Shown piece after piece: positions 37,637 through 48,408 of a DNA stretch of 64,000 nucleotides (position 1 is the first letter of the stretch; each line of letters begins with the position of its first letter). Below the pieces are notes generated by a model that saw only the letters and a program-made list of their open reading frames with translations, did no database searches and was not told the origin of the DNA. Position numbers and translations under genes: made by a program. Origin of the DNA: Limisphaerales bacterium (GTDB taxonomy: Bacteria; Verrucomicrobiota; Verrucomicrobiia; Limisphaerales; JAJOIW01). Location of the stretch: the NCBI GenBank assembly GCA_965657355.1, contig CBFHOE010000002.1, forward strand, positions 347,856 to 411,855, read 5' to 3'.

Positions 37637-38899
37637 TTAATTGACTTTTACCTCATTAAAGTCCTCCCATTGTGTCATGTCTGAGAGGATAACTTGATTG
37701 CCCGGTTCAAGCCCCGATAAGACTTCAATGGTTGTAACCGAGGTTCTCCCAAATTCAACATCAACTTTTCTCCCTATCCCATCCTCACCCAAAACAAACA
37801 TCTTGAGAGTCGTAAAAGGCTGCCCGTTGACTGGGCGCTTAATGAACATCACACCCTCAAGTTTCTCTAGTTCGATGGTTCCATCAACACTTAAATCCGG
37901 TCTGGCCCCTTTAGGTAAATCACCAAGCAATCTAATATCTACGGTAACAGTACCGTTTTTCACAGCTGGATCCACTCGCTCTACGAGTCCAGAAATAATC
38001 GAATTTCTGGTATCAATTTCAGCTTTTTGACCAATCTGAACATCACGCGCCTGGGTTTCTGCGATTTCTATTTCAGCTTTTAGTTTGTCTGGTTGGACAA
38101 CCTTTGCCAGCGTGGAGGAGGGCCCAATCCTCTGACCTACGCGCAATCTCTGTTGGTCGCCAATTTCCTGTAAAACGCCATCTATACCAGCAAGAACCTT
38201 GAGCGCATTTAATTGCTTTATTTTGAGCTCCAGTGACGCTTTTAAATTATCGAGATCGGCTTGAGCAACTTTGAGTTGGGATTGCTCAGACTCGTCACCA
38301 ATGAGCAACCGCTTTTTCTCGAGGTCCAGCATAACTTTTGCATTGGCTGCTTTTGAGCTCGATTGCCTTCGTGTAATCTCAGGTATCACCTGTTGGCTAA
38401 ACAAAATCTCATCAGCTTCAGCTTCGAGTTTTGCCATCGTGTAGGAAGATTGCAATGTGGCAATCAAAGATTCTTTCTGTAAACGAGAACTTTGAAGAGT
38501 TACCACGAGATCATCCATACGAGCTTCCGATGCTTTTATACGTTGTTTCAGGTCGAAGATTGATTGCTCGAGTTGGCGGTTACTCAATTCCATGATTACA
38601 GTATCTGGTGTAACAATCGCACCAGGCAATACATTGATTTTCTCGATTCGCCCCTCAGTTTCAGATTGAAGGTAAACTATTTTTTCAGGCTCAAGGGCCC
38701 CATTTCCCCTCACATTTCTGATCATTGTCCCTTTTTGGACTGAATCAGTCCAAAGAGTTGATTTAGTAACGACAGGAATAGCAGGCTTTAAATTAAGGAT
38801 TCCGACACTGGCACCTATGAAAGCTACAATTCCGAGCCCAATCCATGCAGTGCGTATTTTTGCCTTTCGCTTTTTAATATCTGGTCTTGCAAAGTCCAT
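37637..38899 (-). CDS. Efflux periplasmic adaptor (HlyD/MacA family)
   Basis: N-terminal TM, barrel-sandwich segments flanking a long coiled-coil hairpin, and position between the permease and the NBD. Confidence 0.82.
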   Translation of the reverse strand: MDFARPDIKKRKAKIRTAWIGLGIVAFIGASVGILNLKPAIPVVTKSTLWTDSVQKGTMIRNVRGNGALEPEKIVYLQSETEGRIEKINVLPGAIVTPDTVIMELSNRQLEQSIFDLKQRIKASEARMDDLVVTLQSSRLQKESLIATLQSSYTMAKLEAEADEILFSQQVIPEITRRQSSSKAANAKVMLDLEKKRLLIGDESEQSQLKVAQADLDNLKASLELKIKQLNALKVLAGIDGVLQEIGDQQRLRVGQRIGPSSTLAKVVQPDKLKAEIEIAETQARDVQIGQKAEIDTRNSIISGLVERVDPAVKNGTVTVDIRLLGDLPKGARPDLSVDGTIELEKLEGVMFIKRPVNGQPFTTLKMFVLGEDGIGRKVDVEFGRTSVTTIEVLSGLEPGNQVILSDMTQWEDFNEVKVN

Positions 38900-38973
38900 G
38901 TCAGTATTGGATGTGCGAATATTTTATCATATTTGGTTCCACTTCAAAAATCGATTTTAGTACACGTTTCACG

Positions 38974-41427
38974 CTATTCATATCTAAGAGATTCAAGGGG
39001 ACTAACACGAGTGGCTCGAATGGCTGGCACCAAGCAGGCAAGCATACCAACAAATATGAGAATCACAGAAACCAGAAGAAACGTTTTTGGGTCGGTCGCA
39101 GTTATATTGTACAACCGATTAGCTAGAACGCGTGTCAATGCATAACTACCAACAAGCCCAACGAAAACACCTAAAACTGTATGCTTTAAACCATGGAGCA
39201 GAATCATGCGCAACAGGTCCATACGCCTTGCACCAAGAGCGAGTCGTATCCCCATTTCATTGGTTCTTTGTTCAACCGAATAAGACATCACTCCGTATAT
39301 TCCTACACTTGCAAGAATGAGGGCAGAGACAGCAAACATGGTTATTAACATTGATCGAAATCGGTCAATTGCAATGCTGGCATCTAGATACTGCTGCATC
39401 ACAACAAACCGACTCAAGGGTTGATCCGGATTAAGTTTTCTGACCTTCTCAGTGACTACAGGAGCCAAAATCAGAGGATCTGATTCAGCTCTGACAGTCA
39501 AGTGAACGGAAATCGCATCTGTTCCAGGCCACTGGGCATAAGGCATATTGACTTCAACATCAGGCTCACGTGTTAGTCCATTATTTTTGTGATTATCGAA
39601 CACGCCGATAATACGCCAATTCTTTCCATAATACTGAAGATATTTGCCGATAACTTCTTCATCTTTGAATGCGCTATCAGCAAAAGCTTTGTTGACCATC
39701 ATCACCCTCTCAGATGTCCAATTGTCACTTTTTTTGAAACCTCTTCCTCGTAGTATCCCAATCCCATAAGTTTCGTGATGATCAGGCATCACCGATCTCA
39801 ATCCAGCTCGAGGCTGCTCGTTTGGCAATGGGCGCGGTTTGTCCGCACGAGTATATGGATAGGGCCAGCCCTTACGGCTGGGCAGGACTGAAACAGCGGA
39901 CACGTTCTCAACCCCCGGAGTCGCTTTCATTTCATCGATAAGCCTTTCTAAAAATGTTATGCGTTGCCCCCGATCCTGGTAGGCAGCTCCATTCATAGTC
40001 ACCTCGACGGTGAGTAATTTTTCAGCATCAATACCGGGATCAATCGATTGCATCCTATTAAAACTTTGAATTAAAAGTACTGCGCCGATTAAAAGAACAA
40101 GGGCTAGAGCAATTTGGGTCACAGAAAATGCATTCCTAATAAAGGAATTAAATTTATCCCCAGTGAGTCTATTCGCACCTTGTCTAAGCGCGTCATTTAG
40201 GTTGGGGCGTGATGCTTGCCATGCAGGAGCGAAACCAAAAAGAATCCCGGTTAAAACAGAGATAAGCATAGTAAATGCGAGTACTCTCCAATCAACGCCG
40301 ATATCTGATGCTCGTGGGATTGCGCCAGCATTAAACTGGATAATAAGATTTGTCCCCCACCAAGAAAGTAAAACACCTGCTATCCCACCAATAAGCGCCA
40401 ACAAGACGCTCTCGGTAAGAAGTTGTCGAATTAAATGATGCCGCTGTGCTCCAACCGCCGCTCTCAGTGACATTTCACGCTGACGTGTCAGTGCCCGGGA
40501 AAGAAGTAAGTTTGCAACATTAGCAACGGAAATAAGTAACAACAAACCGACAGCCCCAGTAAAAATGAATAATGATGATTTAAAACCCTTCACTACTGAA
40601 TCCAGCATGGGTTCCAGCGCGATATTTGGCCCGATCACCCTGTCAGCACCAAGCAACTCCATACCTTTATAAGCATCGAATATCTGCCATTGGATCACAT
40701 TCATTTCGGCCTGTGCTTCCTGAATCGAGGTATCTTTTTTTAATCTCCCTATAACGGACATGACATCACCGCCTCTCCTGTGTTCTGACTCTGGCATATG
40801 AGCTATGGATACCCAGAGGTCAGAAAATGGATACCGGAATCCCTCGGGCATGACACCGATAATTTCATACGTATGCCTGCCATTGTTTTCCAAGTTTATT
40901 GTTTGACCGATAATGTCGTTATCTTGATTAAAAATCTGACTCCACAAGCGATGGCTTATAACGACAACTCTCTGCGCCCCACGCTTCTCTTCTGAAGGGA
41001 GAAAAGTTCTTCCCATGATCGGCTTTAGACCGAAAACATCGAAAAAGTTATTACTCACGAATCTACCCGATAAGCGGTGGGCTTCATCGCCGCCTGTGTA
41101 TATGAAGCTTCGAGTTATGAGCCCTCCATGATTCGCGAATAAGCCTAGTGTTTCAAAAGTGGTGTTTTGACTGCGCCAATCAAAATAATTAGCTGGAGAT
41201 GTTTGGTCATGATACCCATATGTCCAACCATCTTTGTGATCACCTTCCCAAACATTGACGATACGGTGAGACTCGGGGTAATCCAAAGGTTGAAGAAGCA
41301 CACCGTTGACGATACTAAACACGGTAGTAGATGCTCCTATGCCAAGAGCAAGGGTAATTACAGCGACTGAAGTAAAACCCGCATTTTTGCGTAATCTACG
41401 CCAAGCTATGCCCCATTCATTCATCAA
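38974..41427 (-). CDS. Duplicated FtsX/MacB-type ABC permease (2 x MacB periplasmic domain + FtsX)
   Basis: 817 aa. There are two FtsX blocks (REMSLRAAVGAQR... and NEMGIRLALGARR...), each preceded by a large periplasmic domain. Confidence 0.85.
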   Translation of the reverse strand: MMNEWGIAWRRLRKNAGFTSVAVITLALGIGASTTVFSIVNGVLLQPLDYPESHRIVNVWEGDHKDGWTYGYHDQTSPANYFDWRSQNTTFETLGLFANHGGLITRSFIYTGGDEAHRLSGRFVSNNFFDVFGLKPIMGRTFLPSEEKRGAQRVVVISHRLWSQIFNQDNDIIGQTINLENNGRHTYEIIGVMPEGFRYPFSDLWVSIAHMPESEHRRGGDVMSVIGRLKKDTSIQEAQAEMNVIQWQIFDAYKGMELLGADRVIGPNIALEPMLDSVVKGFKSSLFIFTGAVGLLLLISVANVANLLLSRALTRQREMSLRAAVGAQRHHLIRQLLTESVLLALIGGIAGVLLSWWGTNLIIQFNAGAIPRASDIGVDWRVLAFTMLISVLTGILFGFAPAWQASRPNLNDALRQGANRLTGDKFNSFIRNAFSVTQIALALVLLIGAVLLIQSFNRMQSIDPGIDAEKLLTVEVTMNGAAYQDRGQRITFLERLIDEMKATPGVENVSAVSVLPSRKGWPYPYTRADKPRPLPNEQPRAGLRSVMPDHHETYGIGILRGRGFKKSDNWTSERVMMVNKAFADSAFKDEEVIGKYLQYYGKNWRIIGVFDNHKNNGLTREPDVEVNMPYAQWPGTDAISVHLTVRAESDPLILAPVVTEKVRKLNPDQPLSRFVVMQQYLDASIAIDRFRSMLITMFAVSALILASVGIYGVMSYSVEQRTNEMGIRLALGARRMDLLRMILLHGLKHTVLGVFVGLVGSYALTRVLANRLYNITATDPKTFLLVSVILIFVGMLACLVPAIRATRVSPLESLRYE

Positions 41428-41727
41428 ATTATCCTATAGTTTATTTAGAAAATTCCGTACCTCTAATAACAACAATGAAAACTAGCCCTCAAATTCGTCA
41501 GGTATCATGTTAAAATAGGGTGCGCCTACAAACGGGTTATATTAACCTTGTATTATTTCTAATCCAGAAAACAAAAATGCTATGTCATTTATTTTATTTG
41601 AGAGGCAAAACTTAAATTGCTAATGCCCTTGACATGAAAAGCTGTAAAACTGGATAAACTGATACAAGATCTCAACATTTGAGAAGAGGTAAGAAAAGTA
41701 AATAGCTTTTCCAAATCAATTTAAATT

Positions 41728-42657
41728 ATGGAAACAGATAGACGGAAATTTATTAGTATGGCTTGTACAGCAACCACCGGCTTGCTTGCCGCGCCGCAGA
41801 CTTTCTCCAAAAACCCAGCTTTTCAACTGCACTACGTTCTATCCTCAGCAATGTTTGGAAACCTTCCACTTGAGCATGTTCTTAAAAGTGCGAAAGAAAC
41901 GGGGTCTGAATCAGTCGACATCTGGCGGAAGGTCCATGCGACACACCGAGAGCAAGTCACTAAAATGGGAGATGAGTCATTTCAGAATCTTCTCGAAAAC
42001 CACGGCACTAAAATGTCTGTCTCGACTTGTTACCCGCTTGGCCCATTCCGACAAGATTCAGAGCTCCGCTGGCTTAAAAAAAATGGAGGCATGATGACAG
42101 TCTGTGGGTCTGGCAACATGGGAATGAAAGACCCAACCGGCCTTGAAGCTAAAAAGCAAGTGCAGAGCTTTTTCAAAAAACTAAAACCACATTACCAGCT
42201 TGCAGAAGAGTTAGGAGTTACTATAGCCATTGAAAACCATAAGAATTCCATGCTTTCTTCCACGGACTCCATTCGTTATTTCGCTGAACTTAATCCGTCA
42301 AAGAATGTGGGGGTAGCTTTTGCCCCACATCACCTTTATGATGCCATTGATGAAATCCCAAAATTGATCAAAGATCTGGGCAAAGAAAATCTTCCTTTCT
42401 TTTATTTCCAAGAATTTCACCCATCCTCGAAAAAGAAAATGTCAAAAGAGGACGAGCTCAAACAATTACCAGGTTACGGAAAGCTGGACTATCTTCCTAT
42501 TTTAAAGGCATTAAAAGAAGTGAATTTTCAGGGGCTTTCTGAAATTTTCATGCATCCTGTTCCACGAGGCATCCCCATATTGCCGTCGGCAAAAGAAATC
42601 ACTGATGTCATAAATAAATCTCGCGATTACTTATCTGAATGTCTCCAAAAAATCTAA
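41728..42657 (+). CDS. Xylose isomerase-like TIM-barrel protein (sugar phosphate isomerase/epimerase family), Tat-type signal
   Basis: RRKFISMACTATTGLLAAP leader and AIENHKN core. Length and pattern fit the AP-endonuclease-2/TIM-barrel family. Confidence 0.75.
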   Translation: METDRRKFISMACTATTGLLAAPQTFSKNPAFQLHYVLSSAMFGNLPLEHVLKSAKETGSESVDIWRKVHATHREQVTKMGDESFQNLLENHGTKMSVSTCYPLGPFRQDSELRWLKKNGGMMTVCGSGNMGMKDPTGLEAKKQVQSFFKKLKPHYQLAEELGVTIAIENHKNSMLSSTDSIRYFAELNPSKNVGVAFAPHHLYDAIDEIPKLIKDLGKENLPFFYFQEFHPSSKKKMSKEDELKQLPGYGKLDYLPILKALKEVNFQGLSEIFMHPVPRGIPILPSAKEITDVINKSRDYLSECLQKI

Positions 42658-44732
42658 TGTATTGCCTCTTATTGACATTTTTTATCTTTTTCCTTCATAC
42701 ATTGGCATATACGGCGCCAATGGTGGCAAGCTACAATCGCTTCCACTCGAATGAGCCGACACCAGCAGGCGGTGCCATTCTTTTTTCAGAACTGGGATGC
42801 GCGAATTGCCACGGCGGCTCAGTCGTTGCAATCCCGAGAAAAGGCCCTTCATTGGAAAATATTGCAAGCAGAGTTAATTATGATTGGTTAATTAAATATT
42901 TAAAAAATCCTGAATATGGGCGCCAGGGATCAAACATGCCTAGTATGTTGCATGGGGCGACTGATGAAGATATAGAAGCTGTGGCCTCTTATCTTTCTAC
43001 TTACGGTGAAGGCCTATCGCTCACTGCTGGGCGCCATGCCAACCCTGAAATCGGGAAGGATTTCTATCATCAAAAAGGATGTGTAGCTTGTCATGGCCCA
43101 TCACCAAAACTGTCAGGCAACATCAAAACATCCACCGATACCCATCCAAACCACATGGTCAGCTTTCCTGATTTAAAGCAAAAAACGAGCCTAGTGGCGA
43201 TGGAACATTTTCTAACAAATACCAGTAAGTATAGAACTGATGGGCGGATGCCCCATATGGATTTGGGCCGTGATGGAGCAATTAACATAGCCGCACACTT
43301 ACTCAATTTTCAAGGGAGTGACCCCAGAGACCAAATCGGTATTAAACCATGGCCAAAGCCGACAGAGGAACAGCTCATAAGAGGCAAAGTCTTGGCTAAA
43401 GAAGCCTCCTGCGCAGCTTGTCATGATTTACCAGAAATTAATGTTCCCGGTGTTGTAGCTATAGATCCGCAAATTCAATCTGATGAGGGTTGCTTATCAC
43501 CAGAGCCAAAAAAAGGATTACCCCGGTATCTATTAAACGATCATCAAAGAAAGTCGTTACTTGCTTTTCTGAAAAAGCCAATGGCAGAGAGGACAACCAA
43601 TGCGTCGCTAACGCTTCAAGCATTGAATTGCCTGGCTTGCCATGTGAGAGACGAGATTGGCGGACCACCACCTCATATCGATCCATTTTTTAAAGGTGAA
43701 GATAGCTTGGGGGATTCTGGCCGATTACCACCACCTCTAACGGGAATTGGCCACAAACTACGGAGAGAGTGGCTCGAAGGCGTTCTTAATGGCGATAAAG
43801 AAAAACGTGCAAGGCCATACGTGCAGACAGTAATGCCAGCTTACCCGGGCCATGCAAAAGCCATTTCGGAGATGCTTTTACATACAGATAAGAAAACAAA
43901 TGCCATACATTTAGCAGAGGTTTCTGAAAATCTTGAAGCGGGAAAAAAAATTCTAGGCACCCAAGGAGGTGCCAATTGCATCACATGCCATCACTGGGGA
44001 AAACAAAAATCGCTGGGAATACCCGGCCTAGATATATCCTCGCTTGACCAAAGATTAAAACCGGAATGGTTCCGTTCTTACCTTTTAAAACCAAGCTCAT
44101 ATCGCCCAGGCACTTTAATGCCATCTTTTTGGCCAAATGGCCGATCATCGATTCCTGAAATTCTTAAAGGAGATACGGAAAAACAGATAGCTACAATCTG
44201 GAAATACATAGCCGAAGGCACTGGAACCCCAGAAGGATTTCCAAACCTGACCGGAGGAAAGTTTGAACTAAAGCCTACTACCCACCCAATTGTCCAACGT
44301 TCCTTTTTTGAAGGGGTCGGAACGAAAACAATCGTCGTTGGTTTTCCTGAAGGCATCCACCTCGCTTACGATGGCGACAAAGCAAGACCGGCAAAAATCT
44401 GGAGGGGAGCTTTTTTTGACGCCTACTCCACGTGGTTCATGAGGATGGCGCCATTTGAAAAACCACTTAGCGATGATGTCTTTACATTTCCAAATCCAGA
44501 AGAAGCAAGGAGATTTCGTGGATACACCTTGGATAAGGATGGGGTTCCTACTTTTCTTTTTACTGAAGCAGGAAGGCTCGTAAAAGAACGCTTCGAAATT
44601 CAGGACGAAAATTTAATCCGCATTTTATTCTGGGATACTGGTTATCCCCCGAAAATCACACATCCAGATTTAGTAGAATTCGATGAAGTAAAATCAACTA
44701 ATAGCTTAAAAATTATTTATAGATGGAAATGA
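42639..44732 (+). CDS. Multihaem c-type cytochrome (five CxxCH)
   Basis: CANCH, CVACH, CAACH, CLACH and CITCH motifs, plus an N-terminal signal or TM segment. Confidence 0.8.
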   Translation: MSPKNLMYCLLLTFFIFFLHTLAYTAPMVASYNRFHSNEPTPAGGAILFSELGCANCHGGSVVAIPRKGPSLENIASRVNYDWLIKYLKNPEYGRQGSNMPSMLHGATDEDIEAVASYLSTYGEGLSLTAGRHANPEIGKDFYHQKGCVACHGPSPKLSGNIKTSTDTHPNHMVSFPDLKQKTSLVAMEHFLTNTSKYRTDGRMPHMDLGRDGAINIAAHLLNFQGSDPRDQIGIKPWPKPTEEQLIRGKVLAKEASCAACHDLPEINVPGVVAIDPQIQSDEGCLSPEPKKGLPRYLLNDHQRKSLLAFLKKPMAERTTNASLTLQALNCLACHVRDEIGGPPPHIDPFFKGEDSLGDSGRLPPPLTGIGHKLRREWLEGVLNGDKEKRARPYVQTVMPAYPGHAKAISEMLLHTDKKTNAIHLAEVSENLEAGKKILGTQGGANCITCHHWGKQKSLGIPGLDISSLDQRLKPEWFRSYLLKPSSYRPGTLMPSFWPNGRSSIPEILKGDTEKQIATIWKYIAEGTGTPEGFPNLTGGKFELKPTTHPIVQRSFFEGVGTKTIVVGFPEGIHLAYDGDKARPAKIWRGAFFDAYSTWFMRMAPFEKPLSDDVFTFPNPEEARRFRGYTLDKDGVPTFLFTEAGRLVKERFEIQDENLIRILFWDTGYPPKITHPDLVEFDEVKSTNSLKIIYRWK

Positions 44733-46222
44733 AAAATTTGATTCCAACTATAGTTCTGTGCTTAACGACAGGTTTATTGTCTGGCTACAGCCAGGATTCG
44801 AAATCTTATAAAAGATTTGAAATCCTCACGGCGCACACACCGGCACATTCCCGGTCAACGGAATGGAAACCTGCGGAAGGGATTCCTCTCGAGGTGAGCG
44901 GGATGGAATGGTTGAATGAAGACAGATTGGCCGTCTGCATACGAAAAGGTGAAGTTTGGATACTCGAAGGAGTGCTTGCAAAAAATAAAGACGATATCAA
45001 ATATCACCTGTTTGCCTCAGGACTTCATGAACCATTAGGCCTACTCAAAGACGGCGATGACTTACTTGTGTGCCAAAGAGGGGAAGTCACAAGGTTAAGG
45101 GACAAAGATGGAGATAACATCGCCGATTCGTATCTAACCGAGTGCGATGGATGGAATGTTTCTGGAAATTACCATGCCTATGCCTATGGCCCTCAAAAGG
45201 ATGGCCAGGGAAGCCTTTGGGTCACCCTTAATGTAGGGATGGGTAAATTGGCTAATAACTCAGTCGGGTGGCGTGGTTGGGGAGGCATCGTTGGAGAGGA
45301 TGGCCGATTTGCTCCAAAATCATTGGGAATGCGATCCCCTTGCGGTTTGGGAGTAAATCGTGATGGCGATGTTTTTTTCTCGGACCAACAGGGGACCTGG
45401 ATTCCAACGACGCCTATCCATCATTTAAGAGAAGGCGTTTTCTATGGCAACCAGGAATCGGCAGGCACATTAGAGTTGCCAGAAGCCCCATTCACGATGA
45501 CCATGCCAGAACCGAATCAACTTTACCCGCAGGCGCTGAAATCTTCCAAGCGATTTGTCCCACCTGCAGTTTGGCTTCCTTATAACAAGATGGGACGAAG
45601 TGCAACGGATATGGAACGAATTGAAGCCGAAGGAAAATTTGGACCATTCGATGGTCAATTCCTGGTAGGTGAATTCACCAATGCTGCCATTAGCAGACTT
45701 TTTCTGGAAAAGATTAAAGGCCAATACCAGGGAGCATGCTTCCCGTTTCTCGATAGATTTCCTTCAGCAGTTTTCCGACTCCGCTTTGCATCAGATGGTT
45801 CCCTTTTTGTCGGGCTTACAAACCGAGGATGGTCATCTCTGGGAAGCAAGGCATATGGATTAGTGCGTGTCAGAGGCACCGGAGAAACGCCTTTTGCTAT
45901 TCGCCAAATGAGGGCTAAGCCAGATGGCTTTGAGCTCGAATTCACCAAGAGGCTATCAACAGAAAACCTCGATAATGCTTTTAATATAAGCAGCTACACC
46001 TATGAGTATTCCTCGCGGTATGGAGGTCCAGAAATTGATATTCAAAGCCACACCATTTCATCAGTTGAATTATCAGATGATAATAAAACGGTAAGACTCG
46101 TAGTAAACAGTCTTCGCCCTTTATACATCCATGAGTTGCAATGCAATGGAATTCATTCCATAGACGGAGAACCTCTAACCCATCCCAACGCATATTATAC
46201 CCTTAACAAAATCCCTGAATAG
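44723..46222 (+). CDS. Beta-propeller protein, glucose/sorbosone dehydrogenase-like (PVC membrane-bound dehydrogenase-type)
   Basis: Signal peptide, repeated blade-like segments (LRDKDGDNIAD, GVNRDGDVFFSDQQG), and overlap with the upstream cytochrome gene. Confidence 0.6.
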   Translation: MEMKNLIPTIVLCLTTGLLSGYSQDSKSYKRFEILTAHTPAHSRSTEWKPAEGIPLEVSGMEWLNEDRLAVCIRKGEVWILEGVLAKNKDDIKYHLFASGLHEPLGLLKDGDDLLVCQRGEVTRLRDKDGDNIADSYLTECDGWNVSGNYHAYAYGPQKDGQGSLWVTLNVGMGKLANNSVGWRGWGGIVGEDGRFAPKSLGMRSPCGLGVNRDGDVFFSDQQGTWIPTTPIHHLREGVFYGNQESAGTLELPEAPFTMTMPEPNQLYPQALKSSKRFVPPAVWLPYNKMGRSATDMERIEAEGKFGPFDGQFLVGEFTNAAISRLFLEKIKGQYQGACFPFLDRFPSAVFRLRFASDGSLFVGLTNRGWSSLGSKAYGLVRVRGTGETPFAIRQMRAKPDGFELEFTKRLSTENLDNAFNISSYTYEYSSRYGGPEIDIQSHTISSVELSDDNKTVRLVVNSLRPLYIHELQCNGIHSIDGEPLTHPNAYYTLNKIPE

Positions 46223-46390
46223 TCGTATCCCATATCCACGACAGCTATCAGAGCAATATGATTTTTTATCTCACAGTCCCCTTTCCTTTCGTTTCATCAT
46301 CCCCAGAAACCACTTGGAAAATGGTCATTTATTCAAGGATTACGTGCTGAAGTCAGATCAATTCTCCGAGAAAATACATCGACCACAAAT

Positions 46391-46406
46391 TGAGAATTGA
46401 TTCTCA
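46391..46406. promoter_or_regulatory. Candidate Fur-family operator (TGAGAAT-TG-ATTCTCA)
   Basis: Perfect 7-bp inverted repeat about 25 nt upstream of the Fur-family gene's ATG. Confidence 0.5.
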
Positions 46407-46431
46407 TCGTCCTATCTGAAAAGATTATTCT

Positions 46432-46803
46432 ATGGAGCTAAAAACGCAGCAAAGAGCTTCGATTCTGCAGGCGCTGGATACTCATGACAGGCCGGTAACT
46501 GCAAAAGAATTACTAAATGCGGCTTCAGCTAATTCGCCAAAGCTTGGATTGGCGACGGTCTATAGAAACTTAAAAAGATTGGTTGAGGCGGGTGAGGTTC
46601 GAAAAATTGAGGTAGCAGGAGTCCCTCCACACTACGAATTGGGTGGTAAAAAGCATCACCATTTTTTTGTTTGCGAAGACTGCCTTAAGATGTTCGATCT
46701 AGAGGGTTGCCTGGAAGGTTTTAAAAAATTATTACCTCCAGGGTTTAAAATGAATTCTCACGAGGTCATTATTTATGGCGCCTGTCGGGATTGCAAATCG
46801 TAG
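46432..46803 (+). CDS. zur: Fur-family transcriptional regulator, probably Zur
   Basis: wHTH LGLATVYRNLKRL, HHHFFVCEDC and GACRDC metal-site motifs. It lies next to a COG0523 GTPase. Confidence 0.8.
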   Translation: MELKTQQRASILQALDTHDRPVTAKELLNAASANSPKLGLATVYRNLKRLVEAGEVRKIEVAGVPPHYELGGKKHHHFFVCEDCLKMFDLEGCLEGFKKLLPPGFKMNSHEVIIYGACRDCKS

Positions 46804-47148
46804 AGATATAAATGTATTGTTTGAGTGTTTAGGGGATTTGTTGGAGTAAAAGTTTTTTCTGTCCAGAGAACCGAAATGGTCAATGTTGCACGAAAGCCAT
46901 TTTAATTTATTCTTGATTATAAAATTCTATAATCTCCGTCCATAGAGCTCATATGAATCGAGCATTACGTGAAACTAGAAATTTTTTGGTGTGAATATAA
47001 ATGTGGTGTAAAATCCTAAAAGCGTACGCTTTGTCTTTTTCAAGAAACTACTTTCAAAATAGATAAGCTGATTAAAAATATCATTAAATGTAGGTTCTCA
47101 ATACGTCTTGGAATCTGAGGCTCGCAGATTTGACGTAACGACTATGTT

Positions 47149-48408
47149 TCAGTCATTTAGAATCATAGTATCATCCATTTCATCGGGAAATTCGCCCTCG
47201 GTCACAGCCCGCCATTCATAAAATGGGTCGGTGAATCTCTCGCTCCAGCCTTCGGGACCATACGCCATTTCCTCATCACTCAAAAGGCATGAGTCAAATT
47301 TTTTAGTGATCATTTCTTCATCAACATTTTGTCCAATAACCACGATTTCTTGCCGGCGATCACCCCAAGGCTTTTTCCAAAGTTTAACGATTTCCTCACA
47401 TTGATCTTGTTCATCAGGCCATTGTGATTTTTTAACAGCGGCCCACCAATAGCCCGCGGCTTCAGTTCGACAGGCAGCACCCGCTTGCGAATACATGCCA
47501 GCCCATTCCATTCGAGTTGCCAACCAGAAAAAGCCTTTGCTACGAAGAACGCCCGGCCACTCTGTTCGCAATGCATTCATAAAACGCTCTGGGTGGAAAG
47601 GACGTCGCGCTTTATAAACAAAGCTGCTGATGCCATACTCATCAGTTTCAGGTGTATGCTCGCCTCTTAATTCTTTAAGCCAACCCGGAGATTCTTGAGC
47701 TTGCTCCATACTAAATCGATTAGTGTTGAGAACGTGATTCAATGTTACTTTTCCAAACTTAGAAAACACCAATTCAGCTTGTGGATTTAAACCTTTTAAA
47801 ATTCCTGTGACTTGTTTTAGTTCTTGTGGTGTCACCAAGTCTATTTTGTTGAGGATGATCACATCGGCGAATTCAATTTGATCAACCAACAAATCAACTA
47901 CACAGCGATCATCGTCTTCGTCACGAGCTTGACTGCGATCCACCAACGAATCGGTTGAGCCAAAATCACGAACAAAATTGAAGGCATCAATGACAGTGAC
48001 CATTGTGTCGAGGCGGGCAATATCATTTAAACTACCTCCCTCCTCGTCCTCGAAGGTAAACGTCTCAGCGACGGGTAATGGTTCAGAAATGCCCGTACTT
48101 TCAATAACGATTTGATCAAATCGCCCTTCTCGTGCTAATCCAGCAACCTCCTTCAATAGATCTTCCCGCAGTGTGCAGCAAATACAGCCGTTGGACATTT
48201 CAATAAGCTTTTCATCAGCACGGTTTAAAGCTGCACCTCCACCTTTAACCAATGCAGCGTCAATATTCACCTCACTCATGTCGTTAACAATCACAGCAAT
48301 TCGCCGTTCCTCTCGATTATTGAGAATGTGGTTCAATAAAGTAGTTTTACCTGCTCCTAAAAAACCGGAAAGAACGGTTACAGGTAGACTTTGGTTTTTA
48401 TTCTGCAT
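47149..48408 (-). CDS. COG0523 (CobW/ZigA/YeiR-type) G3E GTPase metallochaperone
   Basis: [16 protein letters not shown]-loop, the CICC motif in [11 protein letters not shown], and a CobW C-terminal domain with an acidic tail. Confidence 0.88.
   Translation of the reverse strand: MQNKNQSLPVTVLSGFLGAGKTTLLNHILNNREERRIAVIVNDMSEVNIDAALVKGGGAALNRADEKLIEMSNGCICCTLREDLLKEVAGLAREGRFDQIVIESTGISEPLPVAETFTFEDEEGGSLNDIARLDTMVTVIDAFNFVRDFGSTDSLVDRSQARDEDDDRCVVDLLVDQIEFADVIILNKIDLVTPQELKQVTGILKGLNPQAELVFSKFGKVTLNHVLNTNRFSMEQAQESPGWLKELRGEHTPETDEYGISSFVYKARRPFHPERFMNALRTEWPGVLRSKGFFWLATRMEWAGMYSQAGAACRTEAAGYWWAAVKKSQWPDEQDQCEEIVKLWKKPWGDRRQEIVVIGQNVDEEMITKKFDSCLLSDEEMAYGPEGWSERFTDPFYEWRAVTEGEFPDEMDDTMILND

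Noticed and set aside
48329-48337. Extra copies of the TTGAGAATG half-site (also TGAGAATTG at about 57916).
   Set aside because: Both lie inside coding sequence, each is a single half-site without a palindromic partner, and they are explained by codons (HILNN / SENW).
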